A program made the translations under genes and the position numbers. Of a DNA stretch of 34,857 nt, positions 26,447 to 34,857 are shown piece after piece. Location: positions 202,266 to 237,122 of the forward strand of contig KB303236.1 of assembly GCA_000328365.1 (NCBI GenBank), given 5' to 3'. The DNA is from Capitella teleta (Eukaryota). The notes beneath the pieces were generated by a model. It worked only from the letters and a program-made list of their open reading frames with translations, was not told the origin of the DNA and ran no database searches. The stretch's first letter is position 1. Every line of letters starts with the position of its first letter.

Positions 26447-29232
26447 CTGTCGATGATGAAATGGAATTGTGACAAAAGCCCCAACCAGAGAAATGGATGG
26501 CCGGTTCAGTGAACTTCATTTCACCTTATTCCGTAGGCTCTCGTCATCATCATAGCCGATCCACACACTTTCATCGTACACATATGGTACTTTAGACTCC
26601 TCATCAAATACGCGAGTAACATTTGAAAGCGTGCAAATCTGAAAGAAAAAGAAAGAAAACAATACAGAAGAAATTTGTATTAAAAGAAAACATTATGGGA
26701 CATTGTCAATTGACTATTAATAAAGACCTCGTAGTATGATAGAAATCCGGCTTCTCTGGTGTACTCCATCGAGGGGGAAGGACCGTCGGCAGGAGCTCCG
26801 AATCCATTCTGATCAGGATCCCTCAAAGTGAATCCTCGACCGTACATGGGCATTCCGATTACGAGCTTACTCTTGGCACATCCTTGGCTCACCCAGTAGT
26901 CAGCGGCCCATTCCTGTGAGGCAGACACTCAGCAGATGCACACTGGGTCAGAGTGCATGAACTTACAACATTAAGTCTGGTCATGAATCCTTCCTGTGCG
27001 GAACGAGCGTGCAGTTGAGCATTGTGACCTGTGGCGTTACTCCAGGATCCTTCGAAGTCATATGACATCAGACCGATGGAATCCAGCTCACTGTGAATCA
27101 GAATGAATGTACATCTCACCATTTCTTGCATGCAATCGTTACTTGCAAATCTCTTCAATCTCATAGCCAGCATCAATAATGACCTTCACCCCCGACACCG
27201 CTGCTGTGATCAACAACGGTGTTTGTTTCGTCCGTCTACCCTCTTCGTCATAAGCAGCTCTCAGTTCCTTATAAGGAAGAAATACAAACAGAATAATTGG
27301 GAAATCGATCTGTTTAATACTTGAACTAATGACGTGAACCGCTCTTTATCTTCAGGGGGACTTCCACGGCTCCCAGGGTACTCGAAATACAGATCCAGAC
27401 CATCGAAGTGTCTTGAGCGGAGGTATTCAATTGAGCTGGTCACAAACTCTGCCCGGGTCTCTGCAGTGGACAGCATGAGGGTCATTGTTTCCGTTCCCAT
27501 TGACCAGCCTCCAACTGAGAGCAGCGTTCGTAGACTCGGCTTCAATATTTTCAGACTGGTGAACTGTTCATACCTATCAAAAATCACCACAAACAATTTA
27601 GACAATCATATTTGGATCCAAACCATTCTTCGGTAGAGAGTACTCTTGATGTTTTATTTGTGAGTATTTGTCCAGTCTATTAGGTCAGATATAATTCATC
27701 TGCATGCATAATTGATTGTGGTTCAAAGAAACATAAGTTAATCTACATATAAAATAATAACCTTATTAGAGAAAGTGATCGCTCAGTGGGGGCACTCACA
27801 TTCCATTTGGACCATCGTCGTTCCATTCGACAGGGATCAGAGTGCAAGGTCGACTTTCAGACAGAGCAGCAAATGCGAAGATGAGATCGTCACACAGCGA
27901 GACGTCGATGTCAGAGGGGATGAATTTAGCATCGCCTGGCCTGTATTGGGACCAGTTGGTGTAATAACACACAACCGGCTTCCGATCAGCCTCCACGGCT
28001 GCAAGGATATTTGACAAACGTATGTTAAATACAACATGAGTGAGTCATGCAACCTATTGTGAAGGTCATCACCCTCTACATGGGAGCCAAAGGCTTGGCA
28101 GCAGGCCCCTGCATGTGTGGGACTTCAGGCGAGAGAGGTTTTTTTTTTTTTCTTTGTGAGAGAGAAGTATGTTTATCTATTATCATGTGCGATTTGTTGA
28201 TTCCATTTTAACTTTATTTTGGTAAATTTCCTATGTTTTCTTCTTAATATCCCATTATTGTTGTTTCCATCTAAGTTTAAGAAATAGAAGAAGGTTTGAG
28301 AAGTAGGTTTATCTATTATCATGTGCGATTTGTTGATTCCATTTTAACTTTATTTTGGTAAATTTCCTATGTTTTCTTCTTAATATTCCATTATTGTTGT
28401 TTCCATCTAAGTTTGTTGTCATAGTTTATTTTACCTTGTACTAATGAATGAAATATCTAAAGTAAATTTCCTATGTTTTCTTCTTAATATTCCATTATTG
28501 TTGTTTCCATCTAAGTTTGTTGTCATAGTTTATTTTACCTTGTACTAATGAATGAAATATCTAAAGTAAATTTCCTATGTTTTCTTCTTAATATTCCATT
28601 ATTGTTGTTTCCATCTAAGTTTGTTGTCATAGTTTATTTTACCTTGTACTAATGAATGAAATATCTAAAGTAAATTTCCTATGTTTTCTTCTTAATATTC
28701 CATTATTGTTGTTTCCATCTAAGTTTGTTGTCATAGTTTATTTTACCTTGTACTAATGAATGAAATATCTAAAGTAAATTTCCTATGTTTTCTTCTTAAT
28801 ATTCCATTATTGTTGTTTCCATCTAAGTTTGTTGTCATAGTTTATTTTACCTTGTACTAATGAATGAAATATCTAAAGTATAAATTTAACATCTCTTGGG
28901 TATTCTTGTATAAGTTTACCGAGTTGTTTCAAAATTCCGAACTCAAAGCAATTCTATGATTTAAAAGGAGAAGATAAACAATAATTTTCAAATTTTCAAT
29001 ATGTTAACACACAACTTGAGTTATGCATGCAACGTGCTCTGTTTCACACGATAATTGAGTATACATTGAATTGATAATATATTAATGGGTGTTTTCCATA
29101 CAAACTTATAGTTCAGTCTAAGACAGTTATGCCGAAGCGGTCAGAAATACACCACGGATTAGTTTGATTAAATAATAATAACTAACCGTGTGACAAGGCA
29201 GCCAGAACCAACACCACCACGCTGAACATCAT
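26255..29232 (-). CDS. Secreted glycoside hydrolase family 18 (GH18) chitinase or chitinase-like protein. This is the gene span with 8 exons and about 412 aa.
   Basis: The signal peptide is MMFSVVVLVLAALSHA. GH18 motifs follow: [134 protein letters not shown] and MVWALDLDDFSGSFC. An AATAAA (reverse complement) lies at 26183-26188. Confidence 0.85.
26524..26637 (-). CDS. Chitinase exon 7 ([38 protein letters not shown]).
   Basis: The acceptor is tttctttcag and the donor is gtgaaa. Confidence 0.8.
26728..26913 (-). CDS. Chitinase exon 6 ([62 protein letters not shown]).
   Basis: A 53-bp intron precedes the acceptor cctcacag. The donor is gtcttt, which is weak. Confidence 0.7.
26967..27090 (-). 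CDS. Chitinase exon 5 ([42 protein letters not shown]).
   Basis: A 52-bp intron precedes the acceptor ttcacag. The donor is gtaagt. Confidence 0.8.
27143..27267 (-). CDS. Chitinase exon 4 ([41 protein letters not shown]).
   Basis: A 53-bp intron precedes the acceptor ttataag. The donor is AA|gtaacg. Confidence 0.8.
27321..27573 (-). CDS. Chitinase exon 3, which carries the catalytic motif ([24 protein letters not shown]...[30 protein letters not shown]).
   Basis: The acceptor is tttttgatag and the donor is gtatta. The canonical DGxDxDWEY reads DGLDLYFEY here. Confidence 0.85.
27800..27998 (-). CDS. Chitinase exon 2 ([66 protein letters not shown]).
   Basis: The acceptor is tccttgcag and the donor is AT|gtgagt. 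The track ORF start MSNILAA at 28017 is intronic. Confidence 0.8.
28171..28880. repeat. Satellite-like tandem array in chitinase intron 1. Two units of about 136-146 bp are followed by four units of about 105 bp (AAATTTCCTATGTTTTCTTCTTAATATTCCATTATTGTTGTTTCCATCTAAGTTTGTTGTCATAGTTTATTTTACCTTGTACTAATGAATGAAATATCTAAAGT).
   Basis: Near-perfect head-to-tail repeats are visible. The shorter unit is an internally deleted derivative of the longer one. Confidence 0.85.
29187..29232 (-). CDS. Chitinase exon 1, the signal peptide MMFSVVVLVLAALSH(A). The donor is Ggttagt in phase 1.
   Basis: A hydrophobic h-region is followed by SHA. It joins in frame to exon 2. Confidence 0.7.
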
Positions 29233-30639
29233 TCTTATTCTCAATTGCAATCTCAGCTGGTAAGAATAAAATATGTATGCTAATTGTTCAAAGCTGTATG
29301 AGTGATTTGTCATATATAGACACGGCTGCCTCTTGAAAGATACCAGGCATCATTAATCCGTTCTTAACTATAAGATGGCCGCATGAAGCAATTATTGATA
29401 GCCATCTAGGAAGTGATCAATTGATAAACTGAACACTCGACAAATAAAACAAAGTCTCGAGCAGAATGTCCCCTCGATTAACTGATTAAGTGTTTGACGG
29501 CAACAATGCATTCATTGTACTTTGATGCAAAAATAATAAAATTAATCTCCACATCTGCTGTTTATCTGCTTGCAAATGTGACACTCACCCAACATGTTTG
29601 CAGCAATGTGTGTTTCGGACGAGTGGTGCGTCATCCTCTTCGCAGACATAATGTGAAAAAAAACAAAAACAAACGGGAACATAGCTCTCAAGTGAAATAG
29701 TGTCCGGATTTGTTCGGCTGTCGATCATAATGGTCAGCATTTTATATCTGTTGGAGGAAAGGGAAGGGGCACGCCAGCGATCGAGGAACGTGGTGCCAGT
29801 CTCCATGCATGTGGTGAATTATTTTATCTAGTTGTAATATTTTCTTCTTCTTCTCTCAATATAGCTGTGGCTATCCAACCATTCACTTGATTTGACCATC
29901 CCCCAGTCAGAATTGCAATCATCATTTTTCTTTCGGAAAAGGCTCGTAAAAAAGTCGCTTATCAGAGCATGGCTGCACAAGGCGTGTTAAGGCGTTTCCC
30001 TAAAATACCGATAAATAGATTAGGCACTCCACTTGAGTTGTCAGAAGAATAATAAAATATCCACGAGACACCAAAACTTTAGTGGGAGCATGGAAGATGG
30101 GTGAGTTTTTGGATGAAGGGTGAATGACAAGTGAAGTTTATTCGAGTTTTAGGCTTATGGAGACGAAGAGGTAGTCGATCGAACTGAGAACTGATGACCT
30201 TCAACGAAAGTTGCCAATGTCAACAGAACAGGAGACTCTGTATTATGATAATACGTGAGGGTTATTTCAAATTAACAGCATAGTTTTACTTTTGTACGCT
30301 GCTTTTATATTGGCTTTCTTGTGAGGAAAATTGAATGGAATTCTGACCCAGCTCTGACCCTGATCAGTTCAGTCATTGGATGAACTGCGTTTTATTTGCA
30401 AGTGCGTTGTAAATGTTTAAACATGAAATAGGGCATCTGTAAACATCTTGGAGCTTTCAACCATTCGCAATCGTTTTGATCACAGAACTCACGAGTTCCC
30501 ATAGTCTCAAGTGCAAGTTAACATGACCTGCATGTGTCACCTCAAGAGACGCGAGCTCGTTATTGACATACAAGGGAGCGTTTTACTAACAGCTCTGATC
30601 TAATTACATCTTACATTCGACAACACGAGATTCTCATTT

Positions 30640-30960
30640 TCAAGAAGCATCAAGAAGCTCAGTCGGTATGTCAGCCTGGCTTCAATTCTACGTCACCCGA
30701 GAAGGCCCCGTGATATTTAAGGCATTATGAACTTAGGGTTGCTAGATATAAATGTGGATGGTTCTCCGCTTTCTCTGCTGCACTGCGAATTGCGAAACAA
30801 GACCAGCGGCTGTGCACTACAGCCTATGGTCGCATGCAGGATAAATAACGCTTTGGATACATCGAAAAGAGCATAGTGGATTGACTGGATTCGTACGTAA
30901 TTATGTGAAAAGGGTATAATATCATTGTAGTTTAGAAACACCCCGAAACCATGAGTGAGT
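30640..30960 (+). mobile_element. Second, older copy of the same SINE family. It has a degenerate tRNA-like head AGCTCAGTCGGTA...GGCTTCAATTCTAC. Its body is CTGCTGCACTGCGAATTGCGAAACA...CTATGGTCGCATGCAGGATAAATAACG. Its tail is AAACACCCCGAAACCATGAGTGAGTGAATTGAACTATTCATTTCATTTCATTT.
   Basis: Its body and tail are alignable with the copy at 13000-13324. No TSD was identified. Confidence 0.45.
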
Positions 30961-30964
30961 GAAT

Positions 30965-33900
30965 TGAACTATTCATTTCATTTCATTTATTGCACTTATT
31001 AGGCCCATTTTCAATGAAAGAAAAATATTCAAATGCGCTTTACAGCATAGAAATTACATTAATTTTTCAAGTTAAACAAAAGCGATTCTGAAATAAAAAG
31101 TTTTAAGTTGCTATTTAAAAACGGGTAAAGATTTCAATATACGAATTTCAAGAGGTAGGGCATTCCATAAAACTGGTGCTTGTGCAGAAAATAAAACGGC
31201 CGCCAAAAGTGATTTATCTGAATTTAGAAATGCTCAGCAGATGTTGTTTGCACGAGCGCAGTGAACGGGTCGGCTGATATGAATTTAAAAGTTCGCTCAA
31301 ATAAGTTGGCCCGAGCCCATTAATAGATTTAAAGGAAAGTAAATTCATTTTATAAATACAGTAAAACCTCGATGTGTCGAAGTTCGTGGGGATAGCTCAA
31401 TTACTTCGACTTAGGGATACTTCGACGAAGGGATCGAGGCCGTTATGATATGACCGTTATGATTTCAGATCGTGTTCTGACGTTTTGATTGACGATATGC
31501 GCCATGCACTTATAAACCGCGAGAGGCTATGATTTTGTAATTGAAACAGTAATTAACAAATATTAATAAAAAAAATAATGCCAAAAGATGAAATTATCTT
31601 GGAAGTCTTGGGGGAAAAAAAATCCACAGAAGGTTGTTTACGTAGCTCTAAATGTCTCGAGTGTTTTCACGTCGAGCTTGCGTTTTGTAGCCATAGCGAT
31701 GCTGATGATCTAATGATGCTGAAGACTGTTGGTCACTATATTTTTACTGTTTCTCGCAAAAAACACTCTAAACAAACATCTTTTATATTATTGTTGCGTG
31801 CTTTGATATTAAAGCTGCCAGAAAGTTCATAACAGATCTAAGGCTGGATTTCTTTAATTAGCTCTAGCTTCAAATGTGAGCTGTCTTTGGTCGGCAATTC
31901 ATTAAAGATCATCACAAGCACACCAACAACAATTTAATGCCTCAGTTGAGATCCACGGTCCGTTGATCTTTGGAGTCAGCCTCGCTTTGGTCGCGGCTTA
32001 AACAGAGGAGAGATAAAGGCTGCCAACTGCTTTGTGGGGCGGGGATGTTTTGATGTTTTATTTGTAAGCAACTGTGTCTAACTCTCTTTGAAGTAACCAA
32101 ACTGAGAAATATGTTTATAGAATTTTTCGACTTCGAGCTATAGATCGAAAATATGTCTCGGGGACACAGAAAACACTTCGACACAGGGATAAATTCGAGA
32201 ATGAGACGTTCGAGGGACAGATGTTAATGCTAATGGTAAAGTATAGGAGAATCGTCGGGACTTCGAAAAAATTTCGACACAGGGAGACATTCGAGGGACG
32301 GGTGTTCGACACATCGAGGTTTCACTGTAATGCGAAATTTTACAGGTAGCCAATGGAGTTCTTTTAGAAGTGGAGTGATGCTGCAATAGCGGTCCGATCT
32401 TTTAATGAGCCTCGCGACACAGTTTCGAGCACGTTGTAGTCTATTTATTTGAGAAGCAGGGAGACCAGAGAGGAGGCTGTTGCAGTAGTCAATCAGAGTC
32501 ATGGCGTTTGTTTGGACATGATATTCGTGTGAAAATTTCGGAAAATTGCATGGATTTCAAATAATCGTTTAATTATTCTGGTAACAGATGATTTCGAAAT
32601 AATTCATTGGATTCATTGAGGGATATCCACGCACTCCTAGTTTCCATGCGCTTTAAAAGACGCACGCAATATGCGAATCGGCGGAACTCCTTTGTGCTCA
32701 CACCTCACACGTGAGACGATGCACAACAGCAGAGGGCACCGTGAAGGCTATCTTGCTCATCGTTCTCCTGAACTCTGCAATCGCACAGCAATCGGAGGAG
32801 GAAGCAGATCGTCGAGTGTCTCGGTTGGAGGTCAACACGTGGAACAAGGCATCGAGCTGATAGGTCAAGCGACGAAGGACCGACTGTCAGCGAAGGAGGG
32901 GCACATCACCAATATCACTAAGCGCACAGGAGCAGCACCAGTGCTGCAACTTCCATTCTGAGAGACAACAACAGACATCACCAGGAATCGGTCGACAGAG
33001 CACACGAATGCGTGATAGCCATTTTGAGAGAATTGCTGGACTAACATTCTCTGACCGTGAATTTGATGTTGTCCAGTCAGCTGTTAATCAGATCAAAGAG
33101 AGATCGAAGTAAATGGCCAAGAGATGCGGTGTAGATAGTAAAGAGGGTCGGGCCAAGGACTGACCCTTGAGGAACTCCTGCAGGAACTGGTTTTGTGCAG
33201 GACTTGATGTTCTTGATCTGCACAAACTGTTTACGATCAGACAAGTATGAGACAAACCAGTCTAGAGGTTTTTCTCGAACCTCTATTCCGTGAAGAATGC
33301 GGATGAGTAGCTCATGGTCCACAGTGTCGAACGCCGCAGATAGGTCCAGTACACCGAGTAGCACGAAGGATGTCATTTTGTACAAGCACAAGAGCTGTTT
33401 CAGTACTATGATGGCGTCTATATGCTGATTGAAGTGGTTCATTTAGGTTATTGCGAGAGATGTAGATCTGCAGACGCGATGCTATCACTTTCTCGATGAT
33501 CTTCGACAAAAACGGTAAGTTGGAAACTGGTCTATAATTTTTCAGCAGAGGCACGACTTGCACAACCTTGTAAATATCCGGCATCTTTCCCTCCAACATC
33601 GACCGGTTGACAATGGCCAGCAGCAAAGGTAGTAGTTGATCAAGGCAATTCAGGAGAAGATCAGTGGGCAGTGGGTCATTTTTATTGAGATCAATGAGCC
33701 CCTGGTAATGCGTTTTCTTTGCCATTCGAATGGTCAAAGAAACCTCCTTTTTAGCTTCAAGATACATCTCCTTATGCACAGTCAGTTTCGTTCTTCTCCA
33801 CAACCTCTCGAGCTGGCGCATCTTCTGCTTGGTAGTGCGTACTTCCAGGGAATACCACTCAGGGTTAAAACGAACTGGGACACGCCGTGTTTTGGTAGGT

Positions 33901-34480
33901 GCATGTAAATCCAGCATGGATTCAGTTGTAGCATTATAGAAACCCACAAGAATGTCGACAGGGGAATCTGTGGGTGGAGAGGAAGAAGTTATTAGCATTC
34001 TAATGTCTTCAGTGAATTTAGGAACAGAAATTGCTTTGGTTCTCCTGTTGGTCACAACCGGAGGAACATTGCGCTGTATCCCAAGCAGTAGGGTCCAGTT
34101 CACAGCAAGATGATCAGATCAAGTTTTCGAGTTATCACAAGGTCCATGGTGTGGCCGCTGCAATGAGTCGATGTCCGAACATGCTGTACCAGACCTGAGG
34201 ATTCAAGACAATTTAGGAATTCTGCGGCGTCATGGTTTGTACTATCCTCCACATGAATGTTGAAATCTCCCGTGATGAGTAGTCGACCTGGTTTGATCAG
34301 AAGGTGCTCAAGGTAATTCCCAAAATCAGCGAGGAACATTGCAAAGGTTTGTCAATTTGTCTGGGAAGGAGGCGGTTGGTAGACAGTGACTAGCCTCAGT
34401 GGTGGATTTGTGTTTAGCAAGCACTCAATCAATTCGAAGGAATGGAATACGGGGATATTACTCGTAATTATTTTGGAACA
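30965..34480 (-). mobile_element. L2/CR1-clade LINE, 5'-degenerate. It is interrupted by a nested DNA transposon at 31359-32327.
   Basis: Minus-strand ORFs give: an APE C-terminus (ITGDFNIHVED...HVRTSTHCSGHTMDLVIT); a reverse transcriptase (NYRPVSNLPFLSKIIEKVIASRL...LQSAYRRHHSTETALV; LDLSAAFDTVDHELLIRIL...GVPQGSVLGPTLFTIY); the L2-type C-terminal domain (IDYCNSLLSGLPASQINRLQRARNCVARL...ELHWLPVKFRI); then, after the nested insertion, IYKMNLLSFKSINGLGPTYLSELLNSYQPTRSLRS...APVLWNALPLEIRILKSLPVFK...LKTFYFRIAF. A (GAAAT/GAAT)n 3' tail follows. Confidence 0.8.
31359..32327. mobile_element. Tc1/mariner-like non-autonomous element (MITE), 969 bp. It has 25-bp TIRs (CAGTAAAACCTCGATGTGTCGAA ... TTCGACACATCGAGGTTTCACTG). 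It is flanked by TA. It is nested in the LINE.
   Basis: The terminal inverted repeats differ at 1 position. The CAGT termini and TA flanks are typical of Tc1/mariner. Internal subterminal TTCGAC...AGGGA repeats are present. No transposase ORF is present. Removing the element plus one TA restores the LINE frame ...HWLPVKFRIIYKMNLLSFK.... Confidence 0.7.
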
Positions 34481-34857
34481 TAAGTGGATTGAGTGATGGG
34501 AATAGAGGGGGGGGGTATCGAGCAGTCGGTCGATCAGTCAGGCAGTTGGTCTTGATACATGCAGTGTCTGTTAGAATGTGACCAATTAGATTTTTGCATA
34601 TGAGTTTGAATGAGTGTCGTTTATAGCTTATCCAGGAGAATGGATTTAGTACTCTTGCTGAAGGATTTCAGTGAGTTGCAGTTTTTGATATGTGCGGGGA
34701 GTGAATTCCATAATTGTGGTCCTTTATGTACAAAACTTTTGTGAGTTAGGTGATGTCTATCCGTGCTGGCATGGGGTTTGTGCTTTTGTAGCGCGTGCGG
34801 TAAGTATGAGTGGGTGTGTTTGCAGTAAATGTAATAGTGATGGGAGTTGGTAAGAGC

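Noticed and set aside
27999-28017. The ORF-track start MSNILAA for the chitinase N-terminal ORF.
   Set aside because: This stretch is intronic. The exon begins at the tccttgcag acceptor (27998). The true initiator is the signal-peptide exon at 29232-29187.
28171-28880. A possible CRISPR-like array of regularly spaced repeats.
   Set aside because: The units are contiguous with no unique spacers. The period is 105-146 bp. The sequence is intronic in a spliced eukaryotic gene. It is a satellite.
1-34857. A prokaryotic reading of the window, with operons, defence islands or long GTG/TTG-initiated ORFs from the track.
   Set aside because: Homologous protein segments are interrupted by canonical GT-AG introns. 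Eukaryotic tRNAs, AATAAA signals, a signal peptide, a mitochondrial presequence and LINE, SINE, hAT and Tc1 elements are present. Many track ORFs start at GTG or TTG only because the ORF caller allows it.

Overview
This is eukaryotic (metazoan) nuclear DNA, not prokaryotic. Three unrelated protein-coding genes are spliced with GT-AG introns, most only 47-57 bp long. RNA polymerase III (pol III) genes and many transposable elements are also present.

(1) A near-complete orthologue of PARP4, the vault poly(ADP-ribose) polymerase, lies on the minus strand from the ATG at 11788 to the stop at 2129-2131. It carries the full domain series: BRCT, PARP regulatory and catalytic, VIT, vWA, an acidic linker, a proline-rich low-complexity exon with an internal tandem duplication, and a conserved C-terminus. 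Seventeen of its exons are mapped to the base.

(2) ATP5O/OSCP, the mitochondrial ATP synthase O subunit, is on the plus strand. It has four clearly supported coding exons at 22353-23108. Its most probable ATG exon lies 1.8 kb upstream at 20517-20543.

(3) A secreted GH18 chitinase-like gene lies on the minus strand in 8 exons (29232 to 26255). It has a signal peptide. Its catalytic motif reads DGLDLYFEY instead of the canonical DGxDxDWEY.

RNA genes are a tRNA-Gly(GCC) on the plus strand and a tRNA-Asp(GUC) on the minus strand, arranged convergently 150 bp apart.

Mobile elements and repeats:
- A tRNA-derived SINE sits at 13000-13324 and is flanked by a perfect 14-bp target-site duplication (TSD).
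- A second, degenerate SINE copy sits at about 30640-30960.
- An L2/CR1-like LINE on the minus strand (30965 to about 34480) carries a nested 969-bp Tc1/mariner-like MITE. The MITE has 25-bp terminal inverted repeats (TIRs) and a TA target-site duplication.
- A second degenerate LINE on the minus strand (15057-17260) makes the plus strand strikingly G-poor.
- A non-autonomous hAT element (17645-19305) has 16-bp TIRs and a frameshifted transposase C-terminal fragment.
- Two almost identical 384-bp dispersed repeats, two 141-bp dispersed repeats, a 36-bp minisatellite, a 105-bp intronic satellite and a coding (GAGGAG)n tract are also present.

No CRISPR arrays, operons or prokaryotic systems are present. 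Several ORFs on the supplied six-frame track start at GTG or TTG and are artefacts; many are antisense to real exons or intronic.
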